Shown in pieces: positions 41,501 through 50,850 of a DNA stretch of 64,000 nt (positions are counted from its first letter, which is position 1; each line of letters begins with the position of its first letter). Source of the DNA: Oligoflexales bacterium. Lineage in GTDB: Bacteria > Bdellovibrionota_B > Oligoflexia > Oligoflexales > JAPPIL01. Under the pieces are notes generated by a model. That model was given only the letters and a program-made list of their open reading frames with translations, was not told where the DNA came from and ran no database searches. Made by a program: the position numbers and the translations under genes. The DNA lies in the NCBI GenBank assembly GCA_965215515.1, contig OZ244057.1, positions 704,001 to 768,000 on the forward strand, in the 5' to 3' direction.

Positions 41501-41571
41501 TGTGCAAACAGTGCGTCGGTGGCACGTCGCAGTTGGCAGTCGTCGCCCATTCGAGCAACATACCACGATAG
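38551..41571 (+). CDS. M16A insulinase/pitrilysin-family zinc peptidase, probable lipoprotein
   Basis: LDNGLRAFLI, GLAHLLEH (HxxEH), AYTSAEETNFHF, FATGNRETL, lipobox-like AGAC. Confidence 0.9.
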   Translation: MSMCRAVAWSKGCIGAVFIALGAGACDTRPREVRDEALAEGKRPRTPSPLDERRSAERTYRTVELDNGLRAFLIHDAETTESAAALSVAVGSLEDPAAHLGLAHLLEHVLSQGTHRYPAVGEYERYITAYRGHRDAYTSAEETNFHFTVSHDGFAGSLGRFAQLFIAPPLSQEDIAWGVNAVHSEHQQNLHSDLRRTHRISALTSKAGHPRQRFATGNRETLKNVTRPVIVAFYTRYYSANTMRLATISSLPLDTQEEQVRQHFAALPNNDRAELTYDEDIYDDSLLPQRIDIEPVTDVRQVVLAFALPSGHNYWQSKPHKLLSSLIGAAGKGSLLSLLKARGYATALLSSFHTSSHAGEFAAEITLTKRGLAEVNEVVALFFSYIAMLRREGLKDYFYNENKQLAQIEHDYRAPLEGADAVTYYASIMHRFAPRTALRNDRLFFDANSSLTFRLFLNRITPRKLRMMVIAKGVTTDLVEPHYGINYRVNTIPASLYRVWENPHSYEALHYPAPNQFMPTNFAILADDERDEPYKLLDTEQGVFWFQQDTKFLRPKANLHLNLLTAKTNTDPRQALLSVLYTRAWQESTDEWRYPLLAAGLHFTVTRHDRGINIDLGGYAAKLPLLISEIGKRLRTITIDETTFAALKDDLQRELANTAYQQGHLQVAAQSEHILDLHAISAANYAGMIDSVTLAELHTYCEELYREVAFAGIAYGNLDKVVLADRLNRFMTALNAATLPAARRRHEQILRLKRPYTYSFSSESNNHAMIKLVQMGERSPQLDAQLRIINTHLGAAFSTAMHSKQQLAHIAHAGLYYRDKVLGLRFIVQSSTHNPVQIGASINDFLPTVANHLAEITAQQLADYKQSVMTKLQQPQMTIAAQHHLLRVLALRLDGDFAYHQKLSAAVRKVTRDDLINTWNDSVHRRQLNIALFAKGTTIANLPHTDVISDIALFKQEQPIYGQEDTPPREKTYLRAVGSAQNSMCKQCVGGTSQLAVVAHSSNIPR

Positions 41572-41900
41572 TCACACAGCTCAATACCCAACGCTCGCCA
41601 CCTGGTAAGATCGGTGACACGATACAAGTCACAGTGATTGTAAACATCACCGCTGATCTCATAAGCACGCGCATAGGTGAACGTCGGCGAAGCTACCGCC
41701 AGCTGGCGACTGAGACCGAGATGCCACAAGAACTCCGCCACCCAGCTGGTTTTGCCCGCACCGACCTCCCCCCGCAACCATAAACAAAAAGGATCGGCCT
41801 GTCGCAATATTCGTGCCGCATGCTCACAAGTCCGCGATATATGCGCCTGAGGCAACTCCATTGTCCACAACATATCCTGCAGATCCGACTGCTCTTGCAT
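41436..41900 (-). CDS. tsaE: tRNA t6A biosynthesis ATPase TsaE
   Basis: LRGEVGAGKT, VASPTF, HCDLYR, LLEW. Confidence 0.88.
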   Translation of the reverse strand: MQEQSDLQDMLWTMELPQAHISRTCEHAARILRQADPFCLWLRGEVGAGKTSWVAEFLWHLGLSRQLAVASPTFTYARAYEISGDVYNHCDLYRVTDLTRWRALGIELCDYRGMLLEWATTANCDVPPTHCLHIEFCADPTARRYVFSRGGVSS

Positions 41901-41906
41901 ACATAC

Positions 41907-43589
41907 CTACCAATCCTGCTGCCGCGACTTAGGAGCAGGCTGTAAATTTTTCGGCTTAACCCCGATACGCCCACTGTCTAACTGCCGTAAAAGACGCGCC
42001 ACCTCCTCGGCACTCAAATCACGCCGCGCTTGTTCCTGTGCTGTGCCTTGTTCCCGCGACTGCTCGGCCTGCTGCGGAGAGGATGCGTTTTGATCCTGCC
42101 GCGGCGCTGAACCCTGCTTGCCGTTTTCATCCTGCCGCGGCGATGAGTTGTTGCGATCTTCGTTTTTGTTCTGTTGCTGTGGCGATTGCTTCTCGTCTTT
42201 ATCTTGTTGCTGTTGCTTGATTTGTTCTTTCACCCAGGCGAGGTTTTCGGTAGCTTTTTGGTCGTGCGGAGCGTGCCTTAACACCTCTTCGTATGCTTGC
42301 TGAGCCTCTTGCAAACGTTGCAGGGCAACCTGTGCGTTACCGAGATTAAAACGCGCCTTGTTCGCCAACTGCGAATCTTGTGCCTGCGCAGCTTGGGCAA
42401 AACCTTGCGCCGCGGCAGCATAATCCCCCGCCCGAAATTGACTGACCGCACGGTTGTAAACTGCCGTAAGGTCATCGGGGTTAGCGATTTCCTGCCGCAA
42501 AAACTCCTGTGCTGCTTCCTGATATTTTTTCTGCTCAAATAACGTGTGCCCATCCTCCGCTCTGCCCACAGTAGGTAATAAACACAGGAATAACAACGAC
42601 AAACGAAAACGACGAGACAGCAAAAATTCTAGCGATAACAGAAACAAAGCAACGATAAGCGGAAGATGAAAATGTTCATGCCATATTTTTTTGCGGCTCT
42701 GCCCCTGCACTGCAGTGTCGATGTGGCGCTTGATGCCACGTTGATATATCTGCTGCAAATCAAAATCACCGCTGACCGAACGCACGTAGACACCACCCGT
42801 CAGCAAAGCGATGTCTCGTAAAGTTTTTTCGTCGAGGCGAGTCAGGACAAGATTACCCTGTGCGTCTTTGACAAAACCACCATCCTCGGCTGGAATCGGA
42901 GCACCCTGTGCAGCACCGATACCGATGGCGAAAATTTTCACCCCCGCATCTTTAGCTTGCCGCGCCGCGGTGAGCGGCTCAGTGCCTTGATCCTCCCCGT
43001 CGGTAATTAAAATGATAGCCGCCCCCGCGGGCGGGGAGGATTTTTTTGCTATACTGCGTAATGCCAACTGCAAAGCTGCGCCGATAGCCGTACCCCGTAC
43101 AGGAATCAATGACGGATGCAGATGGTCGAGAAACAACCGTGCCGCGGCATAATCGACGGTCAACGGACACTGCACGAACGCCGCCCCCGCAAAGGCAATT
43201 AGACTAAGACGGTCGCCGTCCAGTAAGGCGAGCAGATCGGTGAGTTTGCGTTTAGCGCGTTGCAGACGGTTAGGAACAATGTCGGTAGCTAGCATGCTGC
43301 GGGAAACATCGAGCACGACATAGATATCACGTCCTGTATGTTCGCGCTCCACCCACTCAAAGCCAAGCCGCGGCCGTGCTAAAGCAAGTACCAGCATGAC
43401 AAAAACAAGAGCAAGAAGCAGATAACGAGTCCGCAGCCAAGTTGTCGCAGGGCAAAGATGCGCCAGGTTGTGGGGGGCAGCAAAGCGTTGCAAGCGTTTA
43501 CGCCCCGCACGCTGTTCGCCATAAAAAACACAGCACAGCGGGAACAGTAGCCAGAGATAAAGCAGGTTTTGCTCGGCAGCGAAGATCAT
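41907..43589 (-). CDS. BatB/BatC-like vWA + TPR protein
   Basis: LDVSRSMLATDIVPNRLQRAK, QCPLTVD, LITDGED, TPRs (YNRA, FNLGNA), Q-rich tail ending in DW. Confidence 0.87.
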   Translation of the reverse strand: MIFAAEQNLLYLWLLFPLCCVFYGEQRAGRKRLQRFAAPHNLAHLCPATTWLRTRYLLLALVFVMLVLALARPRLGFEWVEREHTGRDIYVVLDVSRSMLATDIVPNRLQRAKRKLTDLLALLDGDRLSLIAFAGAAFVQCPLTVDYAAARLFLDHLHPSLIPVRGTAIGAALQLALRSIAKKSSPPAGAAIILITDGEDQGTEPLTAARQAKDAGVKIFAIGIGAAQGAPIPAEDGGFVKDAQGNLVLTRLDEKTLRDIALLTGGVYVRSVSGDFDLQQIYQRGIKRHIDTAVQGQSRKKIWHEHFHLPLIVALFLLSLEFLLSRRFRLSLLFLCLLPTVGRAEDGHTLFEQKKYQEAAQEFLRQEIANPDDLTAVYNRAVSQFRAGDYAAAAQGFAQAAQAQDSQLANKARFNLGNAQVALQRLQEAQQAYEEVLRHAPHDQKATENLAWVKEQIKQQQQDKDEKQSPQQQNKNEDRNNSSPRQDENGKQGSAPRQDQNASSPQQAEQSREQGTAQEQARRDLSAEEVARLLRQLDSGRIGVKPKNLQPAPKSRQQDW

Positions 43590-44572
43590 GGCAATCTCCG
43601 CAAACGTGTCAATGCCGACAGACGTTCGAGTACAAACAACAGCAAGGCAGGCCACAGCAGATAAGCGTAGAGTTCCTCATAATCATGGTATACCCTCTGC
43701 TCTTTGGTCGTTTTTTCAAGGCTGTCGATAGTGAGATAGATTTCTTGCAGGGCATCGGTATCGGCAGCATGAAAATACTGTCCGCCCGTGGTGGCAGCGA
43801 TTTTCTGTAAAAGCTCGGCATCGAGGGGGACGTGTTGGTGGATAATGCGACCGCGGTAAGGCACAGGCACAGGGTCGTTGCTGCCGATACCGATGGTGTA
43901 AATCTTGATGTCTTGGCTCTGTGCGGCTTGCATGGCGAGCAACGGTGTCAGCCGTCCCGCGGTGTTTTCACCGTCGGTAAGCAAAACAGCGACCTTGCTC
44001 TCAGCTTCGATGTCTCGCAAGCGACTGGTGGCAACACCGATAGCATCGCCGATAGCGGTGTTTTCCCCTGCCATACCGATCTCCACTTGCGCGAGAAATT
44101 CTTGCAGCACATCATGATCGGCAGTTAGCGGAGCTTGGGTATAGGCTTCATCGCCGAAGACGATCATACCGATGCGGTCATCATGGCGGGCGGCGATAAA
44201 CGCAGCCAGCACCTCCTTAACGACGGCCAGGCGATTTTTGCGTGCACCGTCGGCGGCGAAAAAATCGAGAGCACGCATACTACCTGAAGTATCGACAAGC
44301 AGCATCATGTCAAGACCCGCGGTACGCTGCGTGCGTTGTCCGCTGACTTGTTGAGGACGAGCGGCAGCAAGAATAATCAGCAACATGCTCAACACACGCA
44401 CGGTGAACAAGGCATGCTTCGCCATCCCGAGATAGACAGGGCGAGGCAAAGCCGTCAGCAGTGCTGTGCTGGAAAATTTTATGCCGTAGCTGCGTCGGCG
44501 GTAAAAATAAAATAACAGCGGTAACAAGAGGGCAAGCAGCAAGAACCACGGGTAAGCAAAGTGAATGTTCAT
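43586..44572 (-). CDS. batA: BatA-like vWA domain protein
   Basis: AARPQ, VDTSGSMRALDF, DRIGMIVF, TQAPLTAD, LLTDGENTAG. Confidence 0.87.
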   Translation of the reverse strand: MNIHFAYPWFLLLALLLPLLFYFYRRRSYGIKFSSTALLTALPRPVYLGMAKHALFTVRVLSMLLIILAAARPQQVSGQRTQRTAGLDMMLLVDTSGSMRALDFFAADGARKNRLAVVKEVLAAFIAARHDDRIGMIVFGDEAYTQAPLTADHDVLQEFLAQVEIGMAGENTAIGDAIGVATSRLRDIEAESKVAVLLTDGENTAGRLTPLLAMQAAQSQDIKIYTIGIGSNDPVPVPYRGRIIHQHVPLDAELLQKIAATTGGQYFHAADTDALQEIYLTIDSLEKTTKEQRVYHDYEELYAYLLWPALLLFVLERLSALTRLRRLP

Positions 44573-44646
44573 GACGGCATCCGCAACCTTCCTCTCCCCG
44601 CTCGTATCTGAGCGTAGGATAAACAACCTAAAAATTCAAGCAGTTA

Positions 44647-45168
44647 TCACCTCAGTTGCTCACTCGCAGTCAACTGCTGCATCCATTTGATGACCTGTTG
44701 ATGGTCTCGCTGTGCCTGTGTAAAATCACTCGGCTGGGCGGCGAATTTGATGGCATCGGCACGTTGCATGAATTCCTCCACACTGACCAGCGTAGTACGT
44801 GCTAACGGTAGTTTTTTTAGTTGGGGGGTAACTTCCCGTAAGGTCGCGCCGATGACAGGCAATTGAAAGCGATATTCAACCAGTTCACGAAAAGCGATAC
44901 TCAACGCAAAAAAATAATTTTCTTGCACCGTGCCGACAGGGAAAGGGTTAGGTGGCTTGAGACGGAGAATTTTGGTGCGCACATCGCGCACTCGATCACG
45001 CGGCGCAACGGCATCTTGGGTAAGCACAAGCGAACGACGGCGGCGGAGATAAAGAAAGATGGCAGCTGCTGACAAAACGATGAGGATAAGCACGATGGAC
45101 ACCGCCGTCCACGGAAAATGCGGCGGCAGCAAAGCATAGATGTCGTGAGGCGGTGAGGAAACAGGCAT
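44647..45168 (-). CDS. Bat-operon single-TM hypothetical protein
   Basis: N-terminal DI..P plus TM segment, ADAIKFA motif. Located between DUF58 and batA. Confidence 0.75.
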   Translation of the reverse strand: MPVSSPPHDIYALLPPHFPWTAVSIVLILIVLSAAAIFLYLRRRRSLVLTQDAVAPRDRVRDVRTKILRLKPPNPFPVGTVQENYFFALSIAFRELVEYRFQLPVIGATLREVTPQLKKLPLARTTLVSVEEFMQRADAIKFAAQPSDFTQAQRDHQQVIKWMQQLTASEQLR

Positions 45169-46047
45169 CTAGCGTTTCCTGTGCAGGGTGCGTTGTTGCA
45201 AGAAGGCCATCAATGGTCGGGCGGTTGCACGAGCGGTGGTAATGGTAAAGTTATCGATGCCGTTTCTGCGCCATAACTTGTGTAGTTGCTGTTGGCGTTG
45301 CTGCTCAAGCTGTAGCAGTGCTGCTCGAGTGCGAGGATTGCTTGTGTCAAGAGTCACACACGCGCCGCTTTCGCTGTCGATAAAATCGAGCAAACCGCTT
45401 ACCGATAGGTGCGTCTCGCGTTCATCTTGAACCTGCACCGCGATGAGGTCGTGACGGCGGGCGACGTTAGCCAGTGTCTTGGGCAGTGAGGCGATGAAAT
45501 CGGAAATTAAAAAGCACATGTGTTTTTTGTGGGTTACCTTCATCAGGAAGTCGAGTGCTTGTTTAAAATCTGTCCCCGTGCTGAACTGCCGCGGTGTGAG
45601 CACGCTTTTGATAATATGCCATACGTGACTGCGTCCTTTGGCGGCAGGGATGTACTGTTCGATGCGGTCGGAGAAAAGAATTAAACCGACACGGTCGTTG
45701 TTACGGATGGCGAGGAAAGCGAGCACCGCGGCGAGTTCGGCGGCAGTCTCTTGTTTGGAGGCTGCGGTTGCGGCGAAGTGTTGTGAGGCACTGACATCTA
45801 CCAAGAGGAGCAGAGTCATCTCTCGTTCTTCGCGCATGACCTTGACGTAGGGGTAATTCATGCGGGCGGTGACGTTCCAGGCGATGTTGCGCACGTCGTC
45901 GCCGTATTGGTAAGCTCTGAGCGTGTCGAATTCCATCCCTTGCCCTTTGAAGGCACTTAGGTATTCGCCGCCGAGCACTTCGTTGGCGATAAAGCCTGCT
46001 TTCAGTTCAATGTGTTTTATTTCTTTCAGCAGTTGCGGCGTAAGCAT
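45169..46047 (-). CDS. DUF58 domain protein
   Basis: GEYLSAFKGQGMEF, YQYGDDVRNIAWNVTAR, EERE, DVSAS, NNDRVGL, FLISDF. Confidence 0.92.
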   Translation of the reverse strand: MLTPQLLKEIKHIELKAGFIANEVLGGEYLSAFKGQGMEFDTLRAYQYGDDVRNIAWNVTARMNYPYVKVMREEREMTLLLLVDVSASQHFAATAASKQETAAELAAVLAFLAIRNNDRVGLILFSDRIEQYIPAAKGRSHVWHIIKSVLTPRQFSTGTDFKQALDFLMKVTHKKHMCFLISDFIASLPKTLANVARRHDLIAVQVQDERETHLSVSGLLDFIDSESGACVTLDTSNPRTRAALLQLEQQRQQQLHKLWRRNGIDNFTITTARATARPLMAFLQQRTLHRKR

Positions 46048-46053
46048 TGCAGA

Positions 46054-47049
46054 TCATGGCACTTCGATGGTGGCTAAGAGCTGCTCGATAATGTCATCAC
46101 TGCTCTTGCCTTCTGCTTCGGCCTCGTAGGTAAGCAGAAGGCGATGGCGAAGAACATCATGAGCCACGTCCTTCACGTCTTGAGGAGTGACATAGCTGCG
46201 GCCGTTGAGCATGGCGTTGATGCGCGCGGTTTTTTCGAGATTGATGGAGGCGCGTGGGCTCGCTCCGAACGCGATATAGTGGCTGAGTTCTTTGAGATGG
46301 TAGTCCTGTGGACGGCGCGAAGCAAAGACGAGATCGACGATGTAACGACGCACTTTGGCGGCGAGGTGCACTTGCGGGGCAAGGTCGCGGATACGCAGCA
46401 GGTCGGCTGCGCTTGCTATGCGTGTCAGGGTTATCTGTTTGTTACTGGCGATACGTTCCATGATCAGCTGTTCATCGGCGGGCGAGGTGTAGGAAATTTT
46501 CAGTTTGAACAAAAAACGATCGACCTGTGCTTCAGGCAGTGCGTATGTGCCTTCTTGTTCGATAGGATTTTGTGTTGCCATGACGAGGAAAGGCAGCGGC
46601 AGGGTAAAAGTTTCGCTGGCGATCGTCACCTGTCGCTCCTGCATCGCTTCCAGCAGTGCCGCTTGTACTTTGGCGGGGGCGCGGTTTATTTCGTCAGCGA
46701 GCAGGAGGTTGGTAAAGATCGCCCCCTTTTTGACGGTAAATTCGGTGGTTTTGGGTGAATACACCTGTGTGCCTGTTACGTCGGCGGGCAGGAGGTCGGG
46801 GGTAAACTGGATACGGGCGAAGGCGAGGTCGAGTACTTCGCCGAGTGCCTTGATGGTGGAGGTCTTGGCCAAGCCAGGCAACCCTTCCAGCAGCACGTGA
46901 CCGTCGGCAAAGATAGCCATCAGCAATCGCTTGCTGAGCTCCGTCTGGCCGACGATCAAGCGGCTCAGTTCGGCAACTATCCGTGTAACCAGCTCACCTG
47001 CCTGTGTGACTGCGGGGATGATGTCTTTTTGGTATCCCTCTTCCGTCAT
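46054..47049 (-). CDS. moxR: MoxR-family AAA+ ATPase
   Basis: HVLLEGLPGLAKT, RIQFTPDLLPAD, LADEINRAPAKVQAALLEAM, ATQNPIEQEGTYALPEAQVDRF, GASPRA. Confidence 0.95.
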   Translation of the reverse strand: MTEEGYQKDIIPAVTQAGELVTRIVAELSRLIVGQTELSKRLLMAIFADGHVLLEGLPGLAKTSTIKALGEVLDLAFARIQFTPDLLPADVTGTQVYSPKTTEFTVKKGAIFTNLLLADEINRAPAKVQAALLEAMQERQVTIASETFTLPLPFLVMATQNPIEQEGTYALPEAQVDRFLFKLKISYTSPADEQLIMERIASNKQITLTRIASAADLLRIRDLAPQVHLAAKVRRYIVDLVFASRRPQDYHLKELSHYIAFGASPRASINLEKTARINAMLNGRSYVTPQDVKDVAHDVLRHRLLLTYEAEAEGKSSDDIIEQLLATIEVP

Positions 47050-47155
47050 CTTTCCTTATCTTTCCTTCCATCTATCCTCAGATTCTAGTCATATTTTTTG
47101 ACGGTGCAAGTTTTTTGTCAGAAGCACACACGACGGTGGTAAAATACATAAAGAT

Positions 47156-48607
47156 ATGCCACTGTCTTGTGAGGCCCAACGAGTGTTCCTTGCTGCCGTC
47201 ATCTACTTGTGCTTGCCCCTGTTTCTTCTCCTGTTCACCTTCTTCAACCTGTGGTTCACAACCTTGTCTGCCGTGTTGTTGGTAGTTCTGGTGTGCTATA
47301 TCCATCGTACACGCCCTACGGCAACCTCCCTACCGCAGCCGTGGTATCGTTATTGGCCGATGTTGCTTGTCGTCGCAGGAATTGTCTACGGCGGTGTCTG
47401 GTCGCCCTTCAACTGCTTGGACTGGGTGAGACACTTCGCTACTCTTAATCTGCTTATCGAGCACGACTGGCCACCGCAGATCACACGGGTAGGGCAGGAA
47501 CATTTTTTGCGCTATAGTCTCGGCTGGTATCTCGTTCCTGCCCTCACGGCACGGATACTCGGTCTGGTTGCCCTAACCCCGACGATGTTTCTCTGGACAC
47601 TGCTCGGTGTGTGTCTAGCACTGCTATTCGTTTTGCGAGAAATGCGCCGACCGCAGCACGTGTTGCTAGCAACACTGGTGTTTTTCTTTTTTTCTGGACT
47701 CGATCTCGTCGGGGCGTACTTCATGTGGTTTACTGAGAACTTAGCCAGCTCGCCACCTGGTCCTGATTGGCTACAGTGGTGGGCTGGCTGGGGACAGATC
47801 GCCACCAACGTGGTGGGAGTTACCTGGGTGCCTCAACATGCTGTCGCCACCTGGCTCGGTCTGGGCTTGGTGCTGGCTGAACGCCGTCTGGCAGTGCGAT
47901 ACGGAGGCATACTGCTCGTCACCATCGCAATGTGGTCGCCATTCGCCGCCATCTCCCTCGCCCCGTTCTACCTCCAGGCACTATGCCGAGAAGGCTGGCG
48001 TTCCGCCCTCACCGTGCCTAACCTCGCCATCGCTCCGCTGCTGTTCGTGCCCCTGTGCCTCTATCTCAGCAGCGATGCAGGACAGATACCCTTTTCCCTG
48101 GTAACATCGCCAAACGCAACGCTAGGGCAAGCATCCTTACTCAGCATCGCACTGTTCGTTTTGCTCGAATTCGGTCTGGTCGCGGCGATCCTCTACACGT
48201 CGTACAGCAGGGATAGACAAGCAGACAAAAGCCTGCTGGTTATCGCCTCGCTATCCCTCGTCGCCCTCGTCCCTTTTAGTTTCGGACACAACAACGACTC
48301 ACTGATGCGCGGCAGTATCGCAGCCACCAGCGTGCTGGCACTGCTATGTGGCCGCGTGCTACTGGATGGCCGTCACACCCCGCGTGCGATCTACACCAGA
48401 GTTCTGCTCGTCGCTTACCTCATCGTCGCGGCGATGCCCGTGGTCGCAGCCTTTGCCGTCGGAGTCGACCGCCGCGAGCAGCGCGTTTCCAAGCAGCGTC
48501 GCTTCTCTCCCGACTCCTTACTTATCACCAATGACTGGATGCGCGTCCAATACCTGGCACGATCGCAAGCACAGAAAGCAAAGCTATTTTTGCGCAAGCG
48601 AGAATAG
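47156..48607 (+). CDS. Polytopic membrane protein, possible GT-C fold glycosyltransferase (GtrC-like)
   Basis: About 12 TM segments. Loop motifs DWVRH...WP, LRYSLGWYLVPA, FSGLD, WVPQH, WSPF, DSLMR. Function inferred. Confidence 0.55.
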   Translation: MPLSCEAQRVFLAAVIYLCLPLFLLLFTFFNLWFTTLSAVLLVVLVCYIHRTRPTATSLPQPWYRYWPMLLVVAGIVYGGVWSPFNCLDWVRHFATLNLLIEHDWPPQITRVGQEHFLRYSLGWYLVPALTARILGLVALTPTMFLWTLLGVCLALLFVLREMRRPQHVLLATLVFFFFSGLDLVGAYFMWFTENLASSPPGPDWLQWWAGWGQIATNVVGVTWVPQHAVATWLGLGLVLAERRLAVRYGGILLVTIAMWSPFAAISLAPFYLQALCREGWRSALTVPNLAIAPLLFVPLCLYLSSDAGQIPFSLVTSPNATLGQASLLSIALFVLLEFGLVAAILYTSYSRDRQADKSLLVIASLSLVALVPFSFGHNNDSLMRGSIAATSVLALLCGRVLLDGRHTPRAIYTRVLLVAYLIVAAMPVVAAFAVGVDRREQRVSKQRRFSPDSLLITNDWMRVQYLARSQAQKAKLFLRKRE

Positions 48608-48612
48608 CCCCG

Positions 48613-48699
48613 TGGGGACAGCCAGACTTGAACTGGCACGAGGCGACACGCCTCAGGGGATTTTAAGTCCCCTGTGTCTACCGATTCCACCATGTCCCC
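48613..48699 (-). tRNA. tRNA-Leu (anticodon TAA), CCA not encoded
   Basis: GGGGACA/TGTCCCC acceptor stem, GGGGA-CTTAAAA-TCCCC anticodon arm, long variable arm GAGGC/GCCTC, GCCAG-TTCAAGT-CTGGC T arm. Confidence 0.96.
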
Positions 48700-48809
48700 A
48701 AAACGCACATGGTGTTATCATAAAGAGTGAGAACTGGAAAGCATGCTTCCCGCCACGCGGGTCGTAAAGGGGCGGCGGCTTGCAGAAGCAAAAACACACG
48801 GAGGCAAAG

Positions 48810-49520
48810 ATGCTGAAAACGCCCTTCACCATCCTGCTACTAGCTTTGCTGGTCATCACCCTCCCCGCAGCAGCTGAGCAGCACACCAGCAAGAGCAACC
48901 AGACGACCGCGGAAGGTGATCCAGAGACTACAGAGGAGGAAGATATCGGTGACGATGCTGGCTTAATCACCGACGAGTTCAGCTACATGTACCTGTTCGA
49001 TCAGCATTATGGGATTATTGCGGGCTTCGGCAAGAGCTCCCCCAGCTATCTCATGCACCTGGAAGGTTTAATGTTCCTGCACGAGAGAATATCCATCTCC
49101 ATGTTGATCGGTTACGGCATAGAACAGAAATTCAACAGCGATGAACACAAACACACCGCCGATACCCTGTCGTTGACGGTAAAATCACGCTACTATCTAC
49201 CGCTATTGCCTCTCAGCATCAACGGCAGTTGTGGTTACGTGTTCTGGGATGGCAAAATCGGGGCTAACGACAGCCGCAGCAAACTAAATTACAAGAGCTA
49301 CGAAACCTACCTCGGCGTATCGCTGAGTGCCTATTACTTCTGGAAAACAGGAATATACCTGGAGTCGGTAATCTACGGTTTCGGTATCGGCAAGGCTTTT
49401 GGACTGAAAGGCGAAGCCGACCGATACGAGGACATCATTACCGAGACGATAGAGGATAGCGAGCACTACGGTATCTTCGGCGGAGGCTTGCTTAACCTCG
49501 CCGTAGGCTATATGTTCTAG
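48810..49520 (+). CDS. Secreted protein, probable small outer-membrane beta-barrel
   Basis: GGAGG RBS, signal peptide, amphipathic strands, C-terminal LAVGYMF (BAM-type aromatic end). Confidence 0.65.
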   Translation: MLKTPFTILLLALLVITLPAAAEQHTSKSNQTTAEGDPETTEEEDIGDDAGLITDEFSYMYLFDQHYGIIAGFGKSSPSYLMHLEGLMFLHERISISMLIGYGIEQKFNSDEHKHTADTLSLTVKSRYYLPLLPLSINGSCGYVFWDGKIGANDSRSKLNYKSYETYLGVSLSAYYFWKTGIYLESVIYGFGIGKAFGLKGEADRYEDIITETIEDSEHYGIFGGGLLNLAVGYMF

Positions 49521-49651
49521 CACTATAAAATTATCATCGACATCAGGCCTGATGTCGAGTAACATCGCTCGACAATGATCTGCGGTTTTCAGAGATTGAT
49601 GACGCACGCTGTTACACCAGCTCACTGCGTGAGCTGCAGTTTGCCGAGGTT

Positions 49652-50755
49652 ATGCCGATGCTGGAACTGACACGCACTAAGCTGCTGCGCGGGAAGCCTG
49701 TACGTTACCTCGTGTTTGGCGGCGGCTGCCTGTTGCTGGTGCTGTGCGTCGCTTACCTCTACCAAGCGGTGCTGCTGCCTTTCGCACTTGCGGCACTGCT
49801 CTACTTTCTGCTGAGCTCGCCCGTCGATTATTTGAGTCAATACCGCGTTCCACGCAACCTCGTCATCATAACTATCATCTGTGTGGCATTGCTGGTGATC
49901 GTGCTGGTATCGATTTATTTTTTGCCAATTTTTTATGCGCAGATGCTAAATGTCCTACAATCCATTCCTGACGCATTGCTGCGTATTCGTGAACATTGGA
50001 TTCCTGTGTTGAAGAAGCATATCTTAACTCTTGATTTTGTCGATGCTACGCAACTAGATCTCTGGTTGGCAGAACTGAACATCATTCCGCAGGTCACCGC
50101 GGGCGTGCGTCAAACCATCAAAGGCATCTGGATGTCGACCCCTGGTTTTTTCAGCACGATTGTCAATGCTGTTCTCGTACCTGTGATTACCTTCTTCTTG
50201 CTCAGCGAGAAAGGCTCACTGCGTCAAAAGATAAAAAACGTGATTCCGCGGGATCTCTTTCCCCACATCAACACGGCATTGACCAACACCAGCAGTACGC
50301 TGCGTTCGGTACTAAAGGGGCAAGCTATCGTCGCCGCTATCCTTGCCTTGCTCTATATCGTCGGTTTGACCTTAGTCGGACTTAAAGCAGCGCTGGCGAT
50401 CGGCTTGGTCGCGGGTATTTGCCGTATCGTGCCCTACTTCGACATTATTGTCGGCGGTTTGCTGAGCGCATTGGTCATCATCTCCGATTTCGATGGCTGG
50501 GGGCAGGTGTTCGGTGTTATGGGGGTATTCGTGGTCGTGCAAGCGGTGGACGGCATGTTTATCACGCCGCGTATTATGGGTAATAAGGCTGGTCTGCACC
50601 CCCTGCTGGTCATCCTGTCCGTGCTCAGCTTCGGTCAGCTGTTTGGTTTCTGGGGTGTGCTGTTCGCCATTCCCGTGATCGCGGTGTTTAGAGTTATTGC
50701 TAGCCAGGTTATCCCCCTCTACCAAAAATCAAAGCTCTACAATCCTGAAAGCTAG
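49652..50755 (+). CDS. AI-2E family transporter (PerM-like)
   Basis: LLPFALA, VPVITFFLL, GQAIVA, IVPYF, ITPRIMG..GLHP, GFWGVLFAIP. Confidence 0.92.
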   Translation: MPMLELTRTKLLRGKPVRYLVFGGGCLLLVLCVAYLYQAVLLPFALAALLYFLLSSPVDYLSQYRVPRNLVIITIICVALLVIVLVSIYFLPIFYAQMLNVLQSIPDALLRIREHWIPVLKKHILTLDFVDATQLDLWLAELNIIPQVTAGVRQTIKGIWMSTPGFFSTIVNAVLVPVITFFLLSEKGSLRQKIKNVIPRDLFPHINTALTNTSSTLRSVLKGQAIVAAILALLYIVGLTLVGLKAALAIGLVAGICRIVPYFDIIVGGLLSALVIISDFDGWGQVFGVMGVFVVVQAVDGMFITPRIMGNKAGLHPLLVILSVLSFGQLFGFWGVLFAIPVIAVFRVIASQVIPLYQKSKLYNPES

Positions 50756-50850
50756 GCACGTGATGAAAAAATCTGCCCGCCCATAACGACAGGAAATAAA
50801 ATTTGCGTTAGAATGGGAGGGGGTTTGCACGATGTACAAAGGGGTGCGAT

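Noticed and set aside
48613..48699. Prophage or integrative element at tRNA-Leu
   Set aside because: No integrase, phage genes or duplicated tRNA 3' end seen in the window.
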